A stretch of DNA of 64,000 nucleotides from Myxococcota bacterium. Its GTDB lineage: Bacteria; Myxococcota_A; UBA9160; UBA4427. The position numbers were made by a program, and so were the translations under genes. Below, piece by piece: positions 1 through 10,927 of this stretch (its first letter is position 1; each line of letters opens with the position of its first letter). The notes under the pieces were generated by a model. It searched no databases. It had not been told where the DNA came from and was given only the letters and a program-made list of their open reading frames with translations. The DNA lies in contig JAYZFK010000097.1 in the NCBI GenBank assembly GCA_036336835.1, forward strand, positions 1,371-65,370, read 5' to 3'.

Positions 1-1110
1 CTCGATCGTGATCTCGGGTTCGGCCATGCGGAGATCGGCGCGCCTGCGGGCGGCCGAGCCGGTCGAGGCGCCGTGCTCGAAGACGGCGACCCCGCCCAGC
101 TTGACAACGGCGCGCGATTCGCGGAGCGAGACGCGACCCGCGCCCACTGTTTGTAGGATCCGGCCCCAATTGGGGTCCTGGCCGAACAGCGCGGTCTTGA
201 CCAGCGCGGAGTTTGCAATCCGGCGCGCGGCGATCTCGGCCTCGGCGGGACTGGCGGCACGACGCACGTCGATGGTGACCAGCTTGGTCGCCCCTTCTCC
301 GTCGCGCGCGAGATCGCGCACCAGGGACTCGCACACCTCGTTCAACGCACCAGCAAGACGCCGCGCATCGGTCGAAGCGACAGTTCGCAGCATCGGGTTG
401 CCCGCCATGCCGCCGGCAAAGGCGACGAAGCAGTCGCTGGTCGAGGTCTCGCCGTCGATGCTGAGACGGTTGAAACTCGCGTCGGCCGCACTGCGCACGA
501 GCCCCTGCAGGGGTGCCGCCGCGATCGCGGCATCGGTGAACACGTAGGCGAGCATCGTCGCCATCTTCGGCTCGATCATGCCCGAGCCCTTGGCGATGCC
601 CGCCACCGTGACGAGCTCGCCGCCGAGTCGCACGCGCCGCACGGCCGTCTTGGCGAAGGTATCGGTGGTCCGGATCGCCTGGGCCGCGGCGGCCAGCCCG
701 CGCGGCCGCAGCGCCGCATGAGCCCGCGGAATGCCGGCGCGGAGCTTGGCCATCGGCAACGGCTCGCCAATCACGCCAGTCGCGCCGGTGACCACCTGTC
801 CCACAGGACACCCGACGTGCCTCGCCACCCAGCCGGCGAGCGTCCGATTGTCGCGCCGACCGCGCGCTCCCATGGCGACGTTCGAGATACCGGAGTTCAC
901 GACGAGCGCGCGCGCGGTGCCCCGGCGCACACGCTCACGGCTCCATGGCACCGGCGCTCCCACCACCGTCGACTGCGTGAAGACACCCGCGATAGTTGCA
1001 GGCGCGTCGCTCACCACGAGTGCGAGATCACGTGTCCGCGCCTTGATTCCGCAGTGGATTCCAGCCGCACGAAATCCCGGAACGACGAGCTCTCCTTCGC
1101 CGGGCTTCAC
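1..1110 (-). CDS. argJ: Bifunctional ornithine acetyltransferase / N-acetylglutamate synthase ArgJ (3' end truncated by the window edge)
   Basis: The minus-strand frame stays open to position 1, so it is absent from the ORF track (no stop in the window). My translation reads VKPGEGELVVPGFRAAGIHCGIKA ... GIAKGSGMIEPKMATMLAYVFTDAAI, which includes the ArgJ self-cleavage ATML motif. GTG at 1110-1108 is the first plausible start, just downstream of the secA stop. Confidence 0.85.
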   Translation of the reverse strand, partial: MKPGEGELVVPGFRAAGIHCGIKARTRDLALVVSDAPATIAGVFTQSTVVGAPVPWSRERVRRGTARALVVNSGISNVAMGARGRRDNRTLAGWVARHVGCPVGQVVTGATGVIGEPLPMAKLRAGIPRAHAALRPRGLAAAAQAIRTTDTFAKTAVRRVRLGGELVTVAGIAKGSGMIEPKMATMLAYVFTDAAIAAAPLQGLVRSAADASFNRLSIDGETSTSDCFVAFAGGMAGNPMLRTVASTDARRLAGALNEVCESLVRDLARDGEGATKLVTIDVRRAASPAEAEIAARRIANSALVKTALFGQDPNWGRILQTVGAGRVSLRESRAVVKLGGVAVFEHGASTGSAARRRADLRMAEPEITIE

Positions 1111-1141
1111 ACTGCGAACCCTGGATCGAGTCGCCGCGGCC

Positions 1142-3898
<2,757 letters not shown>

Positions 3899-4020
3899 CG
3901 TGCGAACTCGCCCTGACCTTGTAGACGGGGGGATGCGTGTGAAGCCGTGCCGCGCCGCGCGCCGATGTTCGAGTCTAGCAGCACTGGTCGACCCCTCGGG
4001 GCACCGGAGGGGCGGGACGA

Positions 4021-4992
4021 TCAGTCGAGGATGTAGTCGAGCGGATCGCGCGACTTCTTGTCGACTTCCACCGAGTAGTGCAGGTGCGGACCGGTACTGC
4101 GGCCCGTGTTTCCGACCTTGGCGATCGTCTGGTGCCTCTCTACCAGGTCGCCAGGCTTCACGAGGATCTCCGAATTGTGGCCGTAGTGGGTCCGCACACC
4201 GAAGCCGTGGTCGAGCACGACGCTTCGGCCAAGCGGTCCCTTGCTGCCGGTGAACAGGACCCGGGCGCGGGCCGGGGCGACGATCACCGTACCCTCCCGG
4301 GTCGCGATATCGATGCCCGTGTGCATGTGGCGCCGCCCGGTAAAGGGTGAGATGCGCGGGCCGAAGCGCGACGTGACCCAGCCCCGCACCGGCCAGACCG
4401 ACGGCAACGAGGCGAGCTGGTCGCTCTTGCGTTCGAGATCGGTCACCAGCACTCCCAGCGACGCGGCGCGAACCTGGGCGAGCCCGCCGAGGATTTCCGC
4501 CCGATCGCGCATCAGGGCGAAGTCCATCGCGTCCTCTGCCACCGGGGTGGCGAGCTCGTCGAGGCCGAATGAGGGCTCTCCGAGCCCGCCCTGTCCGCGG
4601 TCGATCGGCACCCCGGTCGGGAGCTGCACCCCAGCATCGGCGGGGGCGATATCCGTTACCTCAGCACCCCCCGACGCGGCGGCACCGGGAAGATTCGCGA
4701 TGATTCGAACCTTGCGCTCGAGTTCCTGCACGCGTCCCAGCTCGGTCTCCACCTTGGCGAGCTCACGCTCGAAGCCACGGATCTTTGCGGCCTGGACGAG
4801 CGTCTCCTCGCGCAGCTCGGGCAGCTCGGTGTTCTCGGCGCGCACACGCCAGTAATCCCAGACGCCGAGCGCAAACAGGCATGCGAGGGTCCCTGCGAGC
4901 GCCGCCGCGCGGTGTGCGGCCAGCTTGGGCACCTGGAATCGCTTGACGGGCGAGCGCTCGTCACCAACCAGAATCAGCGTATAGAGATCCAT
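4021..4992 (-). CDS. M23 family (LytM-type) metallopeptidase with N-terminal membrane anchor and coiled coil
   Basis: The C-terminal domain reads HTGIDIATREGTVIVAP...VVLDHGFGVRTHYGHNSEILVKPGDLV...GNTGRSTGPHLHYSVEVD. This carries the HxxxD and HxH motifs of peptidase M23. Confidence 0.9.
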   Translation of the reverse strand: MDLYTLILVGDERSPVKRFQVPKLAAHRAAALAGTLACLFALGVWDYWRVRAENTELPELREETLVQAAKIRGFERELAKVETELGRVQELERKVRIIANLPGAAASGGAEVTDIAPADAGVQLPTGVPIDRGQGGLGEPSFGLDELATPVAEDAMDFALMRDRAEILGGLAQVRAASLGVLVTDLERKSDQLASLPSVWPVRGWVTSRFGPRISPFTGRRHMHTGIDIATREGTVIVAPARARVLFTGSKGPLGRSVVLDHGFGVRTHYGHNSEILVKPGDLVERHQTIAKVGNTGRSTGPHLHYSVEVDKKSRDPLDYILD

Positions 4993-5035
4993 TAAATTCC
5001 TCTTCCCGGCGGCCGTGGCCGCCAGGTCCAGATGA

Positions 5036-5377
5036 TCAGCCGGGTACCGTGACCTCGACCAGGAGCTTGCCCATCTGCAAGCAGTCGCCGTTGGTCAGGG
5101 CCAGGCGCTCGATCCTGGCCCCGTTGACCTGTGTCTCGTTCGTGCTGCCGAGGTCCTGCACGAAGAAGCCGTCGGCGTCGAAGCCAACTGCTGCGTGAGC
5201 GCGAGAGATCGTGGGCTCGGCAATCACCAGATCTGCGCTGCACCCTCGGCCGATCACCAGCCACTCGCGGTCGATCGGGACCTCGAGACCCTGGTAGAAG
5301 CCGTTCGTGACCTGGATGCTCGCTCCCGTGGGAACCCTGACGCCGCTCCTCGATCGTTTCTCGGTCTGCTGGCTCAT
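5036..5377 (-). CDS. FHA domain-containing protein
   Basis: 113 aa. WLVIGRGCSADLVIAEPTISRAHAAV...FVQDLGSTNETQVNG is the canonical FHA pattern (G-R ... S-R-x-H ... N-G-T/N). Confidence 0.85.
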   Translation of the reverse strand: MSQQTEKRSRSGVRVPTGASIQVTNGFYQGLEVPIDREWLVIGRGCSADLVIAEPTISRAHAAVGFDADGFFVQDLGSTNETQVNGARIERLALTNGDCLQMGKLLVEVTVPG

Positions 5378-5529
5378 TCTGCGGCTCCACTGGCGGGCAT
5401 GCGATCACGGGACCGCGCCCATACGGCCTCGTGCTGCCGCATACCCTGCAACATCGGAAGCGGGTCACGCCGCCTTGAGCGGCTGGACGAATGTCGCCCC
5501 GCTTGTGCCCCGCGGGGATGTGCCCGGGT

Positions 5530-7245
5530 TCACCGAGCGGTCGGCTGAGCCCGCAGCAGGGCCGCGGCGTGGCGACGGGTCTCGGCCGAAACCGTCTCCC
5601 CGCCCGCCATGCGCGCGATCTCCTCGATCCTCGCATCCCCCTCCACGCGCTCGATGGCAGCCAGCGCCTGCTTGCCCTCCCGTCGCTTGGAGACGCGCAG
5701 GTGGGTGTCGGCGAGCGCGGCGATCTGCGGGTGATGCGTGATGCACAGCACCTGGTGGTCAGACGCCAGCTCGAGCAGGCAGCGGCCGACGCGTTCGGCG
5801 ACGCGCCCGCCGATCCCGGCATCGACCTCATCGAAGATCAGCACCATGCCGCGCCCCGTGCCGCGCAACGCGTTCTTCAGCGCCAGGAAGACACGCGACA
5901 GCTCCCCGCCCGAGACGACGCGCTGCAGCGGCCGCAGCTTGGCCCCGGCGTTCGCGCTGAACAGGAACTCGACGGCTTCGGCGCCCGAGGGGCCGCAGGG
6001 GAGCCCTTCCGGTGGCTCGAGCTTCGACAGGCCGACCGCAAAGCGCGCGTCCGGAAGCGCCAGCTCCCGCAGCGGCCCCTCGACCCGTCGAGCGAGCTGC
6101 TTGGCCGCCTGGGCACGCGACCTGGAGAGCTTCCCGGCGGCCTGTTGCAAGGCGTCGCGGCACGCCTCGCGCTCGTGCTCGAGCGCCTCGATCTGCTCGT
6201 CCGCTCCCTCGAGCGAAGCGAGCTCGCGTTGGGCTCCGTCCCGGAAGGCGAAGATCGCGGCGGCGTCCTCACCGTACTTGCGGCGCAGGAGCTGGATCGC
6301 GCCGAGTCGCTCCTCGACCTGCGCGAGCCGCGCCGGATCGACCTCCAGCCGGTCGACATACCGTTCGAGATCGATCGCGAGGTCGCGCAGGTCATCTTCG
6401 GCTGCGCCCAGCCGCTCGGCGAGCGGCTCGAGATCGGCGTCCACGCCCGCCAGTCCCTCGACGCCGCGCAATGCCCGCGCGAGCAGGTCGAGCGCCCCGC
6501 TCAGCTCGCGGTGCTCGTCACCGCTGAGACTCGAGACGACCGCCGCACCCTCCTCGCGCAGCTGCTCGGCATTGGCGAGACGGCGGTGCTCGGACTCGAG
6601 ACCGGGCAGCTCGTCGGGCGCCAGCCCCACCCCGTCGATCTCGCCGATCTGGAAGCGCAGGAAGTCCTCGCGCCGCGCCCGATCCTCGGCGGCAGCCCGC
6701 AGTTCGAGGAGCTCGGCGTCGAGCGAGCGCAGCCGCGCGAATCCCTGCTCGACGGCCTCGCGCAAAGCTAGGTGTCCGCCGGCCGAGTCGAGCAGCCGGG
6801 CCTGCCGCTCCGGACGCAGCAGTGCCTGACTCGAGTGCTGGCTCGAGATCTCGATGCGACCCTCGAACAGCTTCGCCAACGACCCGATCGGCAACAGCTC
6901 GCCGGCAACCCGCACCCGGCTGCGTCCGGTGCGCGCCACGGAACGCTGGACGATCAGCTCGTGGCCTGCGTCGGGCGGATCGCGGTCTCCCAGCTCGAGC
7001 GCGCGCAGCTCCGCCTCCAGGTCCGCCAGCCCCTCGGTCGAGAAGACCGCCTCGACCTCTGCACGCTCGGTGCCGTCACGGACGGCGTCGGTCGATGCGC
7101 GCCCGCCCGCAAGCAGCGAAAGCGCGCCCAGGACGATCGATTTGCCCGCTCCGGTCTCGCCCGTTAGCACATTCAATCCGACTCCGAACTCGAGCTCGGC
7201 CTGGTCGACGATCGCGAGGTTGGTGATCCGCAGTGTCTCGATCAA
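5530..7245 (-). CDS. recN: DNA repair protein RecN
   Basis: 571 aa. N-terminus is IETLRITNLAIVDQAELEF...LTGETGAGKSIVLGAL (Walker A), followed by a long coiled coil. C-terminus carries SGGELSRVFLAL and LIFDEVDAGIGG. The start is TTG and overlaps the nadK stop (TTGA). Confidence 0.95.
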   Translation of the reverse strand: MIETLRITNLAIVDQAELEFGVGLNVLTGETGAGKSIVLGALSLLAGGRASTDAVRDGTERAEVEAVFSTEGLADLEAELRALELGDRDPPDAGHELIVQRSVARTGRSRVRVAGELLPIGSLAKLFEGRIEISSQHSSQALLRPERQARLLDSAGGHLALREAVEQGFARLRSLDAELLELRAAAEDRARREDFLRFQIGEIDGVGLAPDELPGLESEHRRLANAEQLREEGAAVVSSLSGDEHRELSGALDLLARALRGVEGLAGVDADLEPLAERLGAAEDDLRDLAIDLERYVDRLEVDPARLAQVEERLGAIQLLRRKYGEDAAAIFAFRDGAQRELASLEGADEQIEALEHEREACRDALQQAAGKLSRSRAQAAKQLARRVEGPLRELALPDARFAVGLSKLEPPEGLPCGPSGAEAVEFLFSANAGAKLRPLQRVVSGGELSRVFLALKNALRGTGRGMVLIFDEVDAGIGGRVAERVGRCLLELASDHQVLCITHHPQIAALADTHLRVSKRREGKQALAAIERVEGDARIEEIARMAGGETVSAETRRHAAALLRAQPTAR

Positions 7246-8099
7246 CGCTCCCCCCAGTGCAGCTTCGTGCGCAGGATCTCGTAGCGATTGCGAAGCGGCG
7301 AGGCCACGAGGCCAACCGGGTGCGGCGAGCGCGCGATCGCAACCCGATCGCCATCCTCGAGCGCCAGCCCCTGCTGACCGTCCACTGTCAGCGACACATC
7401 GCTCTCAGGGCTCTGCACCTCGATGACGACGAACGCCGAGTGCGGCAGCACCAGCGGCCGCTGCGTCAGCGCGTGAGGGCAGATCGGTGTCAACACCATC
7501 ACCTCGGTCCCCGGCAGGATCAGCGGGCCTCCCGCCGACAACGAGTACGCGGTCGAGCCGGTCGGCGTGGCCACGATCAGGCCATCGGCGTGGTAGGTAG
7601 TCACGCTCTGGCCGTCCGCCGAGACCCGCAGATCGATCATGCGCGAGAGCGAGTCCTTGTCGACGACGGCCTCGTTGAGCGCCTGGAAGCGAGCCAGCTC
7701 GCGCTCCTCGCGACGAACCACGACCTCGAGGCGCATGCGCGACACCACCTGGACTTCTCCCGCCAGGAAGAGCTCGAGCACGTCGAACAGCTCGTCGCGA
7801 TTCACCTCGGTCAGGAAGCCGAGCGCCCCGAGGTTGACGCCCAGGATCGACACCCGGTGCGTCCCGGCCGCTCGGGCCACTGACAGCAGCGTGCCGTCCC
7901 CGCCCAGCGACACCAACAGGTCGCAGTGAGCGGCGAGGTGTTCGAGCGACTCGGCCTCGCCGCCACACCAGGGTGCGCACTGCTCATCGAACCCGACCTC
8001 GAGATCCCGCTCGCACAGCCACTGGTGCAGCGAACGCACCAACCCGGCCGCTTGCGGCTGGTCGTGCTTGAGGTGGATACCGACGCGGCGGATGCCCAT
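7242..8099 (-). CDS. nadK: NAD+ kinase
   Basis: The track ORF 7242..8957 is over-extended. NadK begins at ATG 8099 (MGIRRVGIHLKH), preceded by GAGGAAG. Motifs present are LLVSLGGDGTLL, NLGALGFLTE and ATPTGSTAYSLSAGGP. Confidence 0.92.
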   Translation of the reverse strand: MGIRRVGIHLKHDQPQAAGLVRSLHQWLCERDLEVGFDEQCAPWCGGEAESLEHLAAHCDLLVSLGGDGTLLSVARAAGTHRVSILGVNLGALGFLTEVNRDELFDVLELFLAGEVQVVSRMRLEVVVRREERELARFQALNEAVVDKDSLSRMIDLRVSADGQSVTTYHADGLIVATPTGSTAYSLSAGGPLILPGTEVMVLTPICPHALTQRPLVLPHSAFVVIEVQSPESDVSLTVDGQQGLALEDGDRVAIARSPHPVGLVASPLRNRYEILRTKLHWGER

Positions 8100-8232
8100 C
8101 AATCTTCCTCGCAGGCGCATCGGGGGGACTTGGATGATCGCCCTTGCAGCGGCCCGCCTCAAGACCCGGCTGACCGGCCGGACCCGAACGAGACCCGAGA
8201 CTGGACCGGACCGATCGCGATAGCATTGCCCC

Positions 8233-9591
8233 ATGCCCCGCGATCCGGACTCGCTCGAGCTGTTTCCAAGCTCTGCTGGTGCTTCCGCAGCCGCACCCGA
8301 TGCCCCGCTGGCCGACCGAATGCGACCGGGTTCGTTCGAGGAGCTGGTTGGACAGTCGAAGCTGGTCGGTCCCGGCACGGCGCTTCGATCGCTGGTGGAG
8401 AGCGACGAGCTGCCCTCTCTGCTGCTGTGGGGGCCTCCGGGCAGCGGCAAGACGACACTAGCCCGACTGCTTGCGGGCTCTGCCGCGACACGGATCGAGG
8501 AGCTCTCGGCGGTGGTGTCCGGGGTGAAGGAAATCCGCTCGGCAGTCGAGACAGCGCGCCGCGAGCACCGCAGCGGAGTGCGCACGCTGCTGTTCATCGA
8601 CGAGATCCACAGGCTGAACCGCGCGCAGCAGGATGTACTCCTGCCGCACGTGGAGGCCGGCACGGTCACGCTGGTTGGGGCGACCACCGAGAACCCGTCG
8701 TTCGAGGTGAACGCGCCGTTGCTGTCTCGTTGTCGGGTGCTGGTGCTCGAGCCGCTCGCGCCCGACGCGATCGCCCAGCTGCTGGACCGGGCAATGGCGG
8801 ATTGCGAGCGGGGCCTCGGCGCGAGCGGAGTCGTGCTCTCGGACGAGGCCCGCGGCGCGATCTCGAGTGCCAGCGACGGCGACGCGCGGCAGGCACTCGG
8901 CCTGCTCGAGGCGGCTGTCGCCGTCCACCGAAGCAGCGGCGCGCTGGGTCCGCTCACGCTCGCAACCGTGCGCGGCGCAGCAGGCCATCGCTCGCTGCGC
9001 CACGACCGCGATCGCGAGGATCACCACAACGTGATCTCGGCGTTCATCAAGAGCCTGCGTGCCAGCGACCCCGACGCGGCTCTCTACTACCTGGCGCGCA
9101 TGCTCGAGGCAGGCGAGGACCCGTTGTTCATCGCGCGGCGGCTGCTGATTGCGGCCTCCGAGGACGTGGGCAATGCCGATCCCCAGGCACTTGGCGTCGC
9201 GACGCAGGCGTTCCTCGCCGTCGAGCGGATCGGCCTGCCCGAGGGACGCATCCCGCTGGCACAGGCCACCAGCTACCTCGCCTGTGCGCCCAAGAGCAAC
9301 GCAAGCTACCTGGCGCTCGGCCGCGCTCAGCAGGCCGTTGCCGAAACGGGCTCGCTCGCGGTGCCGCTGCACCTGCGCAACGCCCCCACCCGGCTGATGA
9401 AGTCTCTCGGCTATGGAGGCGGCTACGAGTACGCACACGACGCCGACGATCAGTTCGTCGCGGCGCGAAATCTGCCCGACGAGCTCGGAACGGGTGACTT
9501 CTACCAGCCGAACGAGGTCGGTGCCGAACGCGAGATCGCAGAGCGGCTACGGCGCTTCCGTCAGCGAAGGGCCGAATCCGAGCAGGACTGA
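8233..9591 (+). CDS. rarA: Replication-associated recombination protein A (AAA+ ATPase RarA/MgsA)
   Basis: 452 aa. Motifs are LLLWGPPGSGKTTLARLLA, LFIDEIHRLNRAQQD, and the MgsA C-terminal region ISAFIKSLRASDPDAALYYLARML...GEDP. Confidence 0.93.
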   Translation: MPRDPDSLELFPSSAGASAAAPDAPLADRMRPGSFEELVGQSKLVGPGTALRSLVESDELPSLLLWGPPGSGKTTLARLLAGSAATRIEELSAVVSGVKEIRSAVETARREHRSGVRTLLFIDEIHRLNRAQQDVLLPHVEAGTVTLVGATTENPSFEVNAPLLSRCRVLVLEPLAPDAIAQLLDRAMADCERGLGASGVVLSDEARGAISSASDGDARQALGLLEAAVAVHRSSGALGPLTLATVRGAAGHRSLRHDRDREDHHNVISAFIKSLRASDPDAALYYLARMLEAGEDPLFIARRLLIAASEDVGNADPQALGVATQAFLAVERIGLPEGRIPLAQATSYLACAPKSNASYLALGRAQQAVAETGSLAVPLHLRNAPTRLMKSLGYGGGYEYAHDADDQFVAARNLPDELGTGDFYQPNEVGAEREIAERLRRFRQRRAESEQD

Positions 9592-9701
9592 GCGTCGGCT
9601 CCGCTCGCCTGAACGGGCGGGACGGTCGGGCCGCAGTGCACACGTCGATGGGCACTGCAGACCGCGAGTGCGCTTGCGCTGACACGGCTACGACGGGGCG
9701 C

Positions 9702-9778
9702 TGGCGGGACGGACGGGACTCGAACCCGCAACTTCCGGCGTGACAGGCCGGTGCTCTGACCAATTGAACTACCGTCCC
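9702..9778 (-). tRNA. tRNA-Asp (anticodon GTC)
   Basis: The reverse complement folds as GGGACGG TA GTTC AATTGGTCA GAGC A CCGGC CTGTCAC GCCGG AAGTT GCGGG TTCGAGT CCCGT CCGTCCC G CCA. It is a close parallel of the E. coli tRNA-Asp layout, with CCA encoded. Confidence 0.93.
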
Positions 9779-9833
9779 CCAGGCGCTTGTTGGTTAGCCA
9801 ACATCCCCCAACGCTGCAAAGCCGTGACGCCGC

Positions 9834-10469
9834 TCAGCGCAGCGCCTGCATCAGCACGGCCTGCATCTGTAGCACCAGCGTCATGTCGCCCATCACCTCG
9901 ATGCGTCCGGCCATGAAGGCCTGCAGCGCATCGAGCTCGCCGCGCTCGATGGCCGCCGCGTCTTCGGCCTCGATGGTCAGCGTGGCGCTGGGCTCGTCGG
10001 GGATCGCACCCGGCCCCAGCTTGATCTCGAGGCTCCAGTCGCCGCCGAGATCGCCTGCGAGCACCACACGCACCAGCCCCTCCAGCGCGCGGATCGGCTC
10101 GAGTGCCTCGAAACTGGGCGCTCGCTCACGGGCAGCCTCACTCAGCCTGCCGACGGCCGCGCCACTGAGTAGCGATGTGACGGTCCGACCAAAGATCCCG
10201 CCGCGGCCCTCCCACAGCGCGCCACGCCAGTCATCGACGCTCTGGATCACGGTGAGCGTGGCATCGTTGCGACCGGCCCGCACTACCTCGAGGGCACCGT
10301 CGCGCACGCGGTACACCCACTCGCCCCCGCCCTCCCCGAGAAGTACGAAGCCGAGTTCGAGATCGGTCCCGGGCAGCCGGCGACCGCCGGTCAGCTCGGC
10401 GAAGGCTCCGGGCACGAAATCCTCGAGAAATCGACACGCGGTGATCGGTGCTGCGGGAAGTTCGGGCAT
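9834..10469 (-). CDS. SCP2 sterol-binding domain-containing protein
   Basis: 211 aa. The C-terminal LDALQAFMAGRIEVMGDMTLVLQMQAVL matches the typical SCP2 C-terminal helix pattern (F..G+l.v.GDm.l...l). Third codon positions are GC-rich. Confidence 0.6.
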   Translation of the reverse strand: MPELPAAPITACRFLEDFVPGAFAELTGGRRLPGTDLELGFVLLGEGGGEWVYRVRDGALEVVRAGRNDATLTVIQSVDDWRGALWEGRGGIFGRTVTSLLSGAAVGRLSEAARERAPSFEALEPIRALEGLVRVVLAGDLGGDWSLEIKLGPGAIPDEPSATLTIEAEDAAAIERGELDALQAFMAGRIEVMGDMTLVLQMQAVLMQALR

Positions 10470-10490
10470 GCTCTCCTCGGGCCGGCCGCC

Positions 10491-10835
10491 CTACCTGTAC
10501 CCGAGGACCTGCAGCCGTTTCAAATCGTCGGGGCGGATGTGGTCGATGAAGGAGGTACGCCCGGGCTTCGCCGAGAGGTACTCGGGCACTCCCTCAGGCA
10601 GCGGGGCCTCGTCATCCTGCGGCCCGAAGTCCTTCCCGGTGCCCGCCCAAATATAGCTCCACCAGCGCGGCCCCCTCGATTCGCCGTGGTCCGACGGCAG
10701 CAGAACCACGTTCGGGCGTCCCGACGGGTGCGTATCCAACGCCCCGAGCAGCTTCCCGACGGAGTCGTCGGCATAGCGGATCTCGTCTGCGTAGAGCCCC
10801 TCGTAATCGGTGGGATACTCGGCGCCAACGATCAC
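10491..10835 (-). pseudogene. Sulfatase-family C-terminal remnant (gene fragment)
   Basis: Only about 114-145 codons fit between flanking genes. The translation YADEIRYADDSVGKLLGALD...NVVLLPSDHGE ... LKRLQVLGYR matches the sulfatase mid/C-terminal signature (Y..EI.Y.D..vG.LL..L ... SDHGE ... L.aLGY). The N-terminal catalytic CxPxR region is absent. The frame runs open upstream into the DUF3604 3' end with no ATG, GTG or TTG. Confidence 0.45.
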
Positions 10836-10927
10836 CTGACAGCTCGGAACTCCGTGGCAGCCGAAACGATCGTCGAGCTGAGGCCGGCGCCACTCGCCGC
10901 CGCGCCGCTCGAGCTCATCCAGCCACC

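Noticed and set aside
7242-8957. Over-extended N-termini of track ORFs: nadK to 8957, ACAD to 29704, oxoprolinase to 34284, murJ to 35765, KamA to 36346, ATP-grasp to 37731, His phosphatase to 41556, metallopeptidase to 47652, rdgB to 48638, amidase to 49868, BTLCP to 51676, MpaB to 52961.
   Set aside because: The extensions run through neighbouring genes or their antisense and have junk-like composition. Recognisable family N-termini begin at internal ATG/GTG/TTG codons with SD motifs or 4-nt overlaps.
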